A stretch of 64,000 nucleotides of DNA from Octopus sinensis (taxonomy: Eukaryota): the NCBI RefSeq assembly GCF_006345805.1, contig NC_042998.1, forward strand, positions 129,518,001 through 129,582,000. Direction: 5' to 3'. Of the stretch, positions 51,544-64,000 are shown one piece after another (the first letter of the stretch is position 1; every line of letters begins with the position of its first letter). Position numbers and translations under genes: made by a program. The notes beneath the pieces were generated by a model. The model was not told the DNA's origin. It did not search any database and saw only the letters and a program-made list of their open reading frames with translations.

Positions 51544-51596
<53 letters not shown>

Positions 51597-51687
51597 ATAT
51601 ATATATATATACATACATATGCAGTAGTACCTCGGTTTTCGAACACCTCTGAATAAATCGTGCTTTATCTATCTATCTATCTATCTA

Positions 51688-51767
<80 letters not shown>

Positions 51768-52105
51768 CGGGCCCCCCTTCGGTCACGACACTGACCATGG
51801 GATTGCACCTAGAAGGTTACCCTCCTAGTCACAAATCTGGGCAAGGTGGTTTATGGAAGACCAGCAGTCGGCCATGCATACCGGCCTCTCCTCTCCACGC
51901 CACCAGTGTTATCCAAGGGAAAGGCAAGGGCCGATACAGCTTGGCACCCGTGACGTCGCAACTCATTCTACACTTGAGTTAACTGGAGCTACGTGAATTA
52001 AAGTGTCTTGCTCAAGAACACAACAGGCAGCCCGGTCCGGGATTCGAGCTCACAACCTCACGATCGTAAGCTCGACGCTCTAACAACTGAGCCATGCGCC
52101 TTCAC
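51768..52105 (-). mobile_element. SINE family A
   Basis: Reverse complement is closely similar to 15091-15432 over its full length. Confidence 0.92.
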
Positions 52106-52217
52106 TATTATATTTTGATAGGGCTCAGCAAAGACTTGCTTTACCACATACCGAAGTTTAGAAATAGCAGCCAGAGAACCTTAGCTATTCCTCTACTTTA
52201 AAATATACTTTTACTCT

Positions 52218-52306
<89 letters not shown>

Positions 52307-53313
52307 CTTTATATATATATGAAGCACGATTTATTCGTGAGCAGAGGCATTCGTAAACCGAGGTACTGCTGCATTGAATGAATATGAGAAAGATAGGAAA
52401 TAAAGCGCAATTTATTCGTGATCAGATGTGTCGGAAAACCGTACATCTCTATAAATCTGTGTGTGAGGGCTTGTTTATTAGTATGTGGGTGTATGCGCAA
52501 TGCGTGTGTAAATGCATGCGTTTGTTTATGCATATATGTTGGTATTTTGTCGGAATATGCGTAACATATATCTATGCATAGCAGGAGTATTCTAGGTAAT
52601 TTTTCCTCGATATAAATGCATGTTTTTTAGCAAATGGTAGTGGCGGCGGACTTCCTTCGTTCGACGATTAAAATTCAGCTGTTCGATGAACTGAATAATC
52701 TGCTCCTGATTTAAAGTCTAAGTGACGGAGTATTCCACAAGCTTGTATATATTTAAAACAATTCTCAAGTAGAATCAGTGTATCACAGTGTATGATAGGT
52801 GTAATATTTGAATTACATGTACACTCCACCATCCGGTGGAGCGTACCATTTCCGTCAACGCAATTTCACTCAAGGTAGGGATTGACATCAAAATTACATT
52901 CATAGAGAATAACATGTACCCGAGACGCAAGGCAGTGAAATCGAAGTTTGGACTTTGTTGTTGCGAAGTGAAAAATTTAAACATTTGGCTATACTGCACC
53001 TACTCCAATCAAATATATGCTTAGAAAATTATGTGTACTTACAAGACTTTCATCAGCATGCTCAAAGTGGAGTATAAAACATCCCTCGTTTTATGCACCC
53101 GCTAGTACAACAATATATTACGGCAAGTTGAAGAATGTTAGAATGCTGACGCTTCCTGTTCATGTGTAAATTGTGAAAATGAATAAATGGTGCTCTAGAT
53201 TCTGGATGTAGCATAAAAACAATTGAAAATTAGAAGGAAGCAATTCCAACGGTATTAGAAAAAAATGCGCCCCCGTTCACTGTACATGGACATATATATA
53301 CGGACGTACTTAA

Positions 53314-53542
53314 GGCGGCGAGCTGGCAGAAACGTTAGCAGGCCGGGCGAAATGTGTAGCCGTATTTCGTCTGTCGTTACGTTGTGAGTTCAAATTCCGC
53401 CGAGGTCGATTTTGCTTTTCATCCTTTCGGTGTCGATGAATAAAGTACCAGTTCTGCACTGGGGTCGATGTAATCCACTCAATCCCTTTGTCTGTCCTTG
53501 TTTGTCCCCTCTATGTTTAGCCCCTTGTGGGCAATAAAGAAA
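53314..53542 (+). mobile_element. SINE family B
   Basis: ggcggcgagctggcagaaacgttagc...gagttcaaattccgccgaggtcga...gtaccag. Confidence 0.92.
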
Positions 53543-54045
53543 CTATATATGTACGTACGTACATACATACATATATCTGTTCAACCATCTAAACACACAC
53601 ACACACTCACACACATGCACGCACACGCACGTGCATACAGTTATATATTCTAATATTCAAAATAGTGTTGATTACTATATCTGGCGAGTCGAGCCAGTGC
53701 GTAGAGGCTCCATCATAAGCTTCAAATTATTACAGAGAGACTAATGTATTATGTGTATCTATCTGTCTATCTGTCTGTCTATCTATCTATTTGTGTGTGT
53801 GTGTGAACAGTAGTGACAAAAATTAGGGTTGCAGAATAATCTTTCCATGCAGAATTCAGCAAAGTACACAGTGGAAGCGAATATATTTATTCACAAGTTG
53901 TTATAACTTGCCTAACGATCTAGTTCACCAACAAGTGAAAATCAGAGTAACAAGAGACTGACTTGGCCAAAATAAAATATGTATATATGCATATACAAAG
54001 CATACACACACACAAGATTATATATATATAGGTGTGTGTGTGTGC

Positions 54046-54242
54046 GTCTACGAGCGCGTGTATATATATCTCCTTTTTTTCTCTCTTTGTTTCTCTCCTT
54101 GTTTTTTTCTCTGTCCCTTTCTGTAGAAGAACGTAGGCACGAAACGTAAAATACTTTTTCTCTTCCTGAGCGTTATACTAATACATCTGTTTGTTTTGTA
54201 CACTACCTGGCTTCGTCTTTTGTTTTTTTTTTCGTAAACTCT

Positions 54243-54246
<4 letters not shown>
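54046..54246 (+). mobile_element. Short (TA)n-anchored element with degenerate hammerhead
   Basis: ttt-CTGTAGA-A-GAAC-GTAG-GCAC-GAAA-CG-TA-AAA at 54118-54151; its 3' end abuts (TA)n at 54247-54315. Confidence 0.6.
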
Positions 54247-54319
<73 letters not shown>

Positions 54320-55139
54320 AATACACTTTAATTATGCAAACTTTTGCTGGATTGAAGAGGATATTATCGGGATTCAGCAGAGAGAAGTCTAAATACTGTA
54401 CTGGTAAAAACTACATTCTATTGTTGTATTGATTCCTTTTCCTTATGATTTCTAATTTCGAACACATATATAAACATTTCTTATATTTTCCTTGGAAATG
54501 GATCCGTATTTCTAACAGATGTATGCTTACAAAATTTAGCACACATACAAAGGCAGTGAATGATCTTGTTCTCTTTACCAATTTTCTTAGGATATATATT
54601 GTGACGAAACCGAAAATTCCCCATTGCTGGAGCTATACCCATAGTTATATCGTTATCTTTACTTCCCTGTTTTATAATCCAAAAGAAAATATATTATACT
54701 CGTTTCATCCGTATCGTTTAAGTAAGATAGTACGTTACATTAGGAAAATCTTTCGAGCGTCAATCAATATTCTCTGTGGAATTGTTCTGATTTTCTACAT
54801 CAAGTTCACGTATTAACGAGTTCAAGTTTACCTTTTATCTTTCTGGGAACAATGAAACAGAATATCAATCACATATAAAATCTGCAGTTAAGGATAACTC
54901 CAGTGTAGAGAATTGAAACAAACCCTGTACTAAATATTCTAAATGCGCCTAAACGTGCGTTTAGGAATTACTACAAAGTCGGAAGTTTACGAGGCACTGG
55001 ATATATATTTACAAAGCTATAGAAACTAAAAATTTAAAACAAAATACTGCAGGTATTCAAGAAACCTAGTTCTGCGTTCAGTTGTAATGTGAATGCTTAG
55101 AATTGAAATAAAACTAGTGAATTATATTGATTCCAAATT

Positions 55140-55328
55140 TTGACAAAACACCAGAGGTAAGTAAATTATATCATCCCCACTGTTCAACAGATATTTATTT
55201 CATCGACTCCGAAAGGCTGACAGGCAACATCGACCTCGGAGGAATTTGGACTCGGAACGTTAAGATGGATGACATGATGCGAAGCATTTTATCCGGCATG
55301 CTAACGATTCTACCAGCTCGCCACCTTA
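55140..55328 (-). mobile_element. SINE family B
   Basis: atcgacctcggaggaatttggact...gctaacgattctaccagctcgccacc. Confidence 0.85.
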
Positions 55329-55904
55329 ACGCTAGTGAGTATTATTATTATTAATAATAATAATTAATTGATTATTTGTGGTTTCTCGTAATAATCTTCT
55401 ACACATGATAATAGGCAAAATATTTGGGGGACAGTTTCTGTCGTTTGTGTTACTTTTCTATCCTAGATGCACATTTCACATTACTTACACCAAAAGGCAG
55501 AAGTATGGAATTCGAAAGTAGCCGAACGTATTCATTGCAGCACTGTATCCTTACTGATACAATGTCTTTTGCCTTTGGACACTAGATTTATCTTTAGGAA
55601 CTCATCACCGTAGAAATGGGACAATGTGGACAGGTACATTCAAAGTAGATATCTCACTAAATACTCGAGTAATTTTGTGTGGCTGATTCAATTTGGACAT
55701 TAATTTATGTTAATTCACAGAACATAAATTCTATTCTCCTTTTTGAGGGATCTTCCGGAGCAAGACTCAAAATTATTTCTAGAAAAACCGAAAAATATTT
55801 CCTTTTGAAATGGACACAAATAGTATTTATGATTTGTATTCGAATGTTACTTACTTAGAGACAATCTCAGTTTCCATAGAGTTGTTTGTAGAGAAATGAT
55901 TTGA

Positions 55905-56418
55905 TGAATGAACCAACCAATGTGTATTATTTCTATATCCTTACCCTCCATCAGGCATTTGCCATATTCTGAACACCTTACTTCCCTGGGCATGGACACA
56001 TTGAAACTCCGACGTCTGGCAGCTGACTTGGCAGACACCCATAAAATTATTAACCATCTTACAATCAATAACTCTAAGCACCTTTTCAAACTCCACCCGT
56101 CTAACACGCGTGGACATATTTACAAAGTCAGAAAACAGCACAGCTCTCATGACTTTAGGAAACATTTTTTCACGCTGAGAGTTGCTGAAGCATGGAACAA
56201 ACTGCCGGCATCAGTTGTTAGTTGTCGGAGCACTGCACCCTTCAAAACTGCCCTGCTTTCTGAGATTCGCCAACACTACACCTGATTTTCTCCCCTCCAT
56301 ACACACACAAGGATGTATCTGATTCATACATTGTTTGCTTTCCAGACTTTATACGCACTTTCTGACAGATTGTGGTGCACCTGAGCACTGTATACAATAA
56401 TTTCATTATTATTATTAC
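55905..56418 (+). mobile_element. CR1-group LINE 3' fragment
   Basis: LPYSEHLTSLGMDTLKLRRL...NTRGHIYK...RKHFFTLRVAEAWNKLP...FKTAL; 3'UTR with (ATT)n tail. Confidence 0.88.
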
Positions 56419-57453
56419 AATTATGTAAGGAGAGATGAGAAGTAAAATTCTCCCCGATCAAATTCATAGTGTACTTAAGAAGGAAAAAGTGACTGAATGC
56501 AACAATGTAGTCTGACAACCGACTGCAATGTAGTCACAATAACTCCCAGTATACTAATGCTGTCGTTGCTGATGGTTACATCAAAGTCGGCTCTCACTGA
56601 GCAGATATGTTATCAAATAAATTCCATAATGATCACTCTGATTTATTGTCTATCTATTAGTACCGTACCTAGTTCAATGTATCTTTAATTTTTAAGAATG
56701 TTAGGTTTAATTTTATGGATTTTGATACTTACATCTAGAAGGCCGATTAAGTATGCTGATGCCGTGTATTTGGTTTAATTACTATTTTTGTTGCTGTTAT
56801 TGCTGTTGACGTGATAATGGTACTCGGTATTTATTCAGTTGCAACTGATATATCTTAATTCTGCTACTGATGCTTGTACTGTTACTTCTCTTATCGACGT
56901 ACTTATCACAGTACCTGTTCTTTTAGTTGATGCTGGTATTGGTTTAATTGTTTTCACTTTCTGCTGTTTTGATTCCGAATATTATTAAAGGTACTAGAGA
57001 GGTAGAAACAGTGAATTAGAGTGAGCTCAAATCCCGTCCATCTTGATTTTGCCTTTTCCTCACCTGTAATCAATATAGTACATGCTGGCATGCAATTTGA
57101 TCGATAAAAAATTCAACGAATACTAAATTATTTAAATGTTACTGATAGAAAGCCCATGACGCAAAACTCAACTGAAAGTGAAATCTAGGGTGAGATGAGA
57201 AAATAAAATTCTTATCTGAAATTTGTTTGACCTTTTAACCTTTGTAGCCTAATTCCTAAGGCTACCATTGAAAGATCAATATAACATCTGTATTAAATCG
57301 ATAGAGTTTCTCATGTGAATTCTAAGAAATACTTTTACCTACATCAATTTCTCCGTTAGACATGAAACAAAATCATAAAGCAGAAACAAAAATTACTAAA
57401 AAAATAAATATAATCAAAACTTAAAAGGAACACACACATAATTACATGTATAT

Positions 57454-57507
<54 letters not shown>

Positions 57508-59154
57508 GGGGAGAGATACAAGAATACAAGCTTATATATCATATAAATACAATAAATATATACATTTCATATACACAGAGATAGATTGTTAGTTAGTTAG
57601 ATAGATGGATAGATAGATAAGTAGATAGATAGACAGAGGTAGAACGGAAGGAAAAATATGCTCTACACTCATCGTGAGGATTAAATTCTTGCATTAAAGA
57701 ATTTGATTAATATTTACGATGCTAAGAATTTCAAAGACGCAGAAAACAGCTCTGATTATTCTGAGGTCTCAGTGCTGAGTCATGAGGCAATCGCAGTTTC
57801 GGAATGTTTTATTTTAATTTAGTTGTATATAAAGCTCACTCTCATGGGCCACTTCAGTAGACATCATCAAACCAGTAACTCAGTAAACTTTGATGCAGTT
57901 TTTTTCACTGTGCTACAAATTCCGGTGAAATTAAAATTTTAGCCAGATGTGAGGCGATGATATAATTTGTTAAACATGGTTCTCAGAAAACTGCCTCAGA
58001 GGAAAAAACAGTTTAATTTTCTAGTTAAAGGACACAATGTGATGAAGAAATATTTGCCACTTCCTTATAGAGACAAAAATCATTACTCGCCCCGATAAGT
58101 AAATGCCTTCTCAGGAAAAGATGAGAGAGAATACTTTCCATGCACTTGAATCTGAAGAAGAGCCTATGCCAACAAGTAAATCTCCTTTAAAATCAATGGC
58201 TTTACATCCGCCTAGTTGCTCGAGTTGACAAAAGAGAGCTGGTCCTTGAGCTGGAGAATAACCTTCTTAATTGAATGTGGATATATTTGGCAATTTGCAG
58301 GATGATAAGAGGAGTAAAATCTGTGGAGGTATATGCAGTTTTGTTCTGTTGCAGAGTGGAACGGTAGAGGCGACAATGAAAGTGATGCTATCGAGACAAG
58401 ACTAACTAACATTAACAATATACGAATTATAAAGTTTATGTTTTATATATGTGCGTGTTAATTGCCGCTTAAATACAGATATGTCTCATTATGTTCGTGG
58501 TGAGTTTTAAAAGAAAACTTAACAAATGGTTATTTTTTACTTTTTTCCAGAAAAGCGGGTAGTAAATTACTGATTCTATCACATTATTCGAAAACGCAAC
58601 GAAACGACTCGCACTCATGAATCCATGATGATGATCCCTATTTACAAATCCCGTGAATACCTCATCGCTCAGTATTGGATACGTATTACACTTTCCATAT
58701 GTGTGAACATTTTAGTATCGGTATCTAATTGACATTCTAAATAAGACGTAGACGCGGAAATATACATATATATATATACTAATATATGCATATATGTAAC
58801 ACATGTTATAATTATAAACAAGTCAAAGCTTTACCATTTCTCCGCAGATTGAAAAAAATTATGAAAAACCTTAATCTATTTTCGAACCTTATTGAATTCT
58901 CACCAGAGGCGTCTACATCGTTCTGGCAGTCTCTGGAGAAACAAGCAGTCAAACTGCTTATATAGTCAACAAATGCAGCAGATACTCTACAAAAGAGTTC
59001 CTAATTTGCATACCGAAAGTGTTTAACACTATAAATACCAGTGACCTATCAACGGGGATCTGATTCTACACGGTGTCAAGGTATGATATAATAAATATGT
59101 AACATATGGTATAATTATAAACAGGGCAAATTTTAGCCAATTCTCCGCATACTA

Positions 59155-59388
59155 TCTCCAACGAGCGAAAAACATTTAAACACACGAGAGATAAGTACAG
59201 GACAAAATACCCCAAAGTACATTAAAAGAACAAGAAATCAACGACGAGTGAAAATATGTAAACACATAGCGAGACAAAATACCAAAAGAGGTCAAACTTC
59301 TCCTCAGTTGTCTACTTTTTATTACTCCCTACTTCCAGCTTTCGTGACAAGATAAGAAAAGTTCTTAAGACAGCAGCATCCAGAAACT
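59155..59388 (-). mobile_element. Short (TA)n-adjacent element with degenerate long-stem-II hammerhead-like motif
   Basis: Minus strand: ttt-CT[--]GGA-T-gctgctgtct-TAAGAA-ctt-TTCTTA-tcttgtcac-GAAA-GC-T. Confidence 0.35.
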
Positions 59389-59573
59389 TATATATATATA
59401 TATATACACACATATATATTTAAGCAAAATTTTTATATATCTATATTTAACATTTATATATATATATATACATATATATTTGATATATATATATATGTAT
59501 AAACATAAAATAAATACAGAATACTCATCTAAGATTTTTAAAAGAACTAATAATAATATTAATAATAATAATA

Positions 59574-59609
<36 letters not shown>

Positions 59610-59624
59610 TAATCTGTTAATGTT

Positions 59625-60086
59625 TCTGTTAAAACTCTCCGCGAACATAATGAGAGATTTATGTATTTAAGCGGCAATTGCCTAGCATTAGTGTGGAAGC
59701 TGTTGACAGGAATGCTTTCAGAAAGCATTTACGAGCACCTTGACAAACAGAATTTACTGTCAGATGAACAAAAATGTTGTTGGAATGCGATAAAGAAAGA
59801 AAAGTCGAGAGATATGACAGGTTAGCTTGGGAAGTTAAGCAGTTGTGGTCGAGGAAAAAGGTAGTAGCAGTACCAATAATTGTCGGAGCCCTGGGAACAG
59901 TGAGCGAAAATCTCGAGAAGTACGTGGAACAAATAGGGGCTGCAATAAGGGTGGAGCACTTGCAGAAAACGGCACTGCTTGGAACCGCTCGAATCCTCCG
60001 GAAGGTGTTCGGAAAATAAGAGGTCTTAACTTAGTTCACTGGTAGTGAACAGCTGACACTGTAGTACATATTCTGCGTTAGAAGCT
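59625..60086 (+). mobile_element. Dong-like copy G, internally deleted (early RT fused to the C-terminus + 3'UTR)
   Basis: CLALVWKLLTGMLSESIYEHLDKQNLLSDEQK joined near 59781 to KERKVERYDRLAWEVKQLW...VPIIVGALG...QKTALLGTARILRKVFGK*; (AAT)n tail. Confidence 0.85.
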
Positions 60087-60147
60087 GTGCAAAGGCAATA
60101 ATAATAATAATATAATAATAATAATAATAATAAATAATAATAATAAT

Positions 60148-60196
<49 letters not shown>

Positions 60197-60258
60197 TAAT
60201 AATAATAATAATATTAATAATAATTATTATTATTATATTATTATTATTATTATTATTA

Positions 60259-60333
<75 letters not shown>
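60087..60333. repeat. (AAT)n followed by (ATT)n (inverted microsatellite junction near 60222)
   Basis: Direct reading. Confidence 0.95.
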
Positions 60334-60334
<1 letters not shown>

Positions 60335-60540
60335 GTTTCTACTAAAGGTACAGGGCCTGATATTTTGACAGGAAGGGACAAGTCGATTACAAGAACCGCA
60401 GTGTTTCACTGGTACTTAATTTATCGACTCCGAAAGGATAAAATGCAAAGTCTATCTAGGCAAACGCAAGACATAAAGATCAACGAAACTCCGCAAACAT
60501 TTTACTCGGCGTGTTAGCGATTCTGTCAGCTCACCGCCTT
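60335..60540 (-). mobile_element. SINE family B
   Basis: cactggtacttaatttatcgactccgaaagga...ttagcgattctgtcagctcaccgcctt. Confidence 0.8.
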
Positions 60541-60552
60541 AAAAATATAATC

Positions 60553-60765
60553 TTTTATACTAAAGGCACAAAGCCTGAAAATTTTGGGGAGAGTAGTGGT
60601 CGATAACATCGACCCCAGTGTTTCACTAGTGCTTAATTCATCGACCCCAAACGCATGAAAGACAACGTCGACCTCGGAGAAATTTGAACTTAGCACGTAA
60701 GTACGGACGAAATGCCACTAAGCATTTTACCCAGCGTGCTAACAATTCTGCCAGTTCACCACCTT
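60553..60765 (-). mobile_element. SINE family B (tandem with the previous copy)
   Basis: gtcgacctcggagaaatttgaact...gctaacaattctgccagttcaccacctt. Confidence 0.85.
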
Positions 60766-60789
60766 GAAAAAACAAAAATAATAATAACG

Positions 60790-61110
60790 TTTTGGAAGAG
60801 AGGTATGGGAAAACTGAGTCAACATCGTAAAGACAAAGTTTCGGCACTCTGGGCATCAAGAGAGGAATTTTCCAAGCAGATAGCTTCTCTCCGTTACTTC
60901 TTGTACTTTATATGTACCCTCTAGCCTTGATGGTGAGGAAAGCGAAAGTAGGATATTCGTTTAGGGGAAAAGCACAAAGAATAATTACTTCACAATGGAC
61001 TTTCAACAGTCTATTGTGAAGTAAGCGTTGTAAGGGCCAGATGGCAACGGTAAGGTCTACCATGAAAAAAGAAAAAAACTGAAGAAATGGTCAATCTGAT
61101 ATTGAACCAC
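60790..61110 (+). pseudogene. Dong-like RT fragment H
   Basis: GIKRGIFQADSFSPLLLVLYMYPL...KAKVGYSF; begins right after aataataataac at 60778-60790. Confidence 0.7.
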
Positions 61111-61359
61111 TAAGTCCATCAGGTTTCACTTACACGGCTTTGAATAAGCGAGAGTAAGGCCGTTGAACAATGGCCAAGATTGCTGCAAAGTGGTATCGAA
61201 GCTAAAACCGCGTTATTTGCGAAATGATATTCCTAACCATGCAGTCAATGTATGCGCCTGATGCATCATATCTGGAAAACAAAGATATGGTAGTCCCGGT
61301 TGGGATGCCTTTGATCAGAGCTCTGTTTGATTGGAAATGACCTGGGGCTAAGCAACATC

Positions 61360-61632
61360 AACAACAAACAGGAAAAGAAAAATCGACAACCACAATGATA
61401 ACATTAACAACAACAACAATACAACAAATAAAGTAACAAAGCCGCCACCAACACCATCGTTAACAACGTAGCCCCGCCATGATTAATAATTAATGAATCG
61501 CTCTCAATGTTAAAAAAGAAACAACACAGAATATCTAAAATCATCATCATCACCACCACCATCATCACCATCATTATCATCATCATCGTCATCGTCAATA
61601 TCATCATCATCATCACCACCACCACCACCACC

Positions 61633-61666
<34 letters not shown>

Positions 61667-62930
61667 TCATTAACATCCTCTCAACTGATATTAGCATTAA
61701 ATCATGAAACTTACAGCATATGAAAAGTAACAAAGCAGACATCATCCATATAATTATTCCACCAAAAAAGTCACCACTACCACAGACACTAGCACACCAC
61801 ATACCACAAGCATCACCGTTACCACTACCATGAGAGTGCTAGAACCGCTGCTGCAATTAATATATTACTAAGGTCATTACAAATAGTAGCATAGTAGCTA
61901 CTAAAAGAGGGCTACAATCACAATTATCACAGACAGAATGGCAGTATCAGCATCAAGGCTGGGAAACATCCATTACGACATTATTACTATTCACATGCTT
62001 AGTGACATTTCGCCCATCTTTACGTTCTGAGTTCAAATTCTGCCGAGGTTGACTTTGCCTTTCATCAATTAAATAAGTACCAGTGGTGAACTGGGTGGGT
62101 CGATGTAATTGAGGAGCCCCGCTCTGTGAAAATTTCAGACCTTGTGACTATAGTAGAAAGGGTTATAACTATCCATATAACTTCGGCATCATTGACGATC
62201 ACCGGCGCCAACACAACGATTAACGATCACTACCATCATCAACACCATCGCCGGTGCCGCCGCCACCGCCGCCACCGCCACCGCCGCCACCGCCATCATC
62301 ACCTGTAAAACCGCCACCACCCAAACCCATACTACCGAAACAAAAACCAACACCACCACCGCCACCACCACCACTACCAACGCCATATGTAAAAGCTGCA
62401 ATAACATTGACGCTTTGACCAACAAAATCTCTACTAAAATACCTTGAAGTTTAACATACAAATTATTTATTATACGACAGCAGCATCGGCGCCATCACCG
62501 TCATGGCAACCATCACCGACAGCACCACCACCACAACAACAACCACAACCACCACCACCACCACCACAATCACCACCACAACCATCACCACCACCACCAC
62601 CACCACATCCACCACATCAAAAACCACCACCACTACCACCACAACCACCACCATCACCACCACAACCACCACCACCATATCCACCACAGCCACAACAACC
62701 ACAGCAACCACCACCACCACCACCATTACCACCACTTCCACCACCAAACAACCACTAACCACAACCACCACCACCGCAACCACCACCACCACCACTACCA
62801 CGACCACCACCACGACCACCACGACCACCACCAAACCACCACCACCAAACCACCACCACCACCAAACCACCACCATCATCATCATCATTATCATCCTCCT
62901 CCTCCTCCTCATCATCATCATCATCGAACG
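61360..62930. repeat. Compound ATC/ACC/GCC microsatellite mosaic
   Basis: Direct reading; source of the poly-T/P/V ORFs. Confidence 0.9.
62005..62168 (+). mobile_element. SINE family B, 5'-truncated
   Basis: ttacgttctgagttcaaattctgccgaggttgactttgcctttcatc...gtaccag. Confidence 0.85.
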
Positions 62931-63263
62931 GCTGCGTGTAGCACCAAGAGAATCAGTAGCAATATATACAAAACAAAACAAAACAAAACATTTTCTTTTT
63001 TCTTTTTTTTCTTTTTCAAGTTGGAAAATGTATGCACGCAAAGAAAATACGGAATATTTCACATTAGCATAAGTTCGTACACTAAGTACGCGAACGCGCG
63101 TGCAACACACACACACACACACACAAAGACAGACACAGACACACATAGAGACACATACAGAGACACAGAGACACACACATACGCATTTAAGCTAACAGAC
63201 ATAAACGTACACACACATGAATATAGACAAGAATACACATATATAAATCATACACACACACAC

Positions 63264-63320
<57 letters not shown>

Positions 63321-63570
63321 AGCACAAGTACGCAGAGTTATAATACTCTGGTGCCCATACTTTCACACTGGACATGTTATAATGTATTGTTCTATTGCTG
63401 TTGCTGCTCTTTTGCGCGTGTGTATGTGTGTATGTATGTCTGTATGTGTGTGTATGAGTGTGTGTGTGTGTAATGCGTGCACTTTTTGACTGCCAACTGA
63501 GACTGATAATACGGCCGCTATAATTTAAGGGTTAATACAATCCACAATCAGAACTGATTTATAGATATTC

Positions 63571-63945
63571 TTTTTTCTCTTGTTTCAGTCATTTGACAGT
63601 TGCCATACTGGAGCACCGCCTTTAGTCGATCACACCGATCTCAGGACTTAGTTTTCGTAAGCCTAGTACTTATTTTATCGGTCTCTTTTGCAGAACCGCT
63701 AACTCACCCTCATCGGTTGTCGAGCGATGTTGAGGGGACAAACATAGACACACAGACATATACACACACATACACATATACATGTATATACATATATACA
63801 ACGGGATTCTTTCAGTTTCCGTCTACCAAATCCACTCACCAGGCTATAGTAAATGACACTTGCCCAAGGTGCCAGGCAATGGGACTGAACCCGGAACCAT
63901 GTGGTTGGTAAGCAAGCTACTTACCACACAGCCACTCCTACGCCT
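63571..63945 (-). mobile_element. SINE family C, full length
   Basis: Minus-strand head aggcgtaggagtggctgtgtggtaag...gggttcagtccc...ttgggcaagtgtc, with an internal (TG/TA)n tract. Confidence 0.92.
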
Positions 63946-64000
63946 ACATATAACATTAATTGAAGCTAAATTTATGCCTAACAATAACATAGTTGTGTTG

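Noticed and set aside
57930-58420. Coding-like stretch (RLVARVDKRELVLELENNLL)
   Set aside because: Frequent stops, no recognised motif and no splice signals; possibly an unidentifiable TE relic.

Overview
AT-rich, extremely microsatellite-dense animal genomic DNA. The SINE-like repeats resemble those of coleoid cephalopods (octopus); this is inference from recall, not a database search. No intact protein-coding gene, rRNA, tRNA or CRISPR array is visible, and nearly all ORF-track entries are artefacts of simple repeats. The interpretable content is transposon-derived: (1) eight fragments of R4/Dong-type RLE non-LTR retrotransposons, all on +, mostly embedded in (TAA)n tracts, five of them stacked at 2-7.3 kb; (2) a near-full-length decayed Penelope-like element (Neptune-type RT + GIY-YIG, minus strand, 22.2-24.9 kb) and several short microsatellite-anchored elements carrying minimal hammerhead-ribozyme folds, of which two look structurally intact (36220-36254 canonical; 27430-27465 with a compensatory U3-A8 core); (3) a Helitron RepHel pseudogene bracketed by plausible Helitron 5' and 3' termini (39.0-44.5 kb); (4) a DD37D (maT-type) Tc1/mariner fragment; (5) two CR1-group LINE 3' fragments; (6) about 20 tRNA-derived SINE copies of at least three families; (7) two unexplained foldback structures. 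A few short exon-like islands suggest, weakly, that the window is intronic to a large + strand gene.
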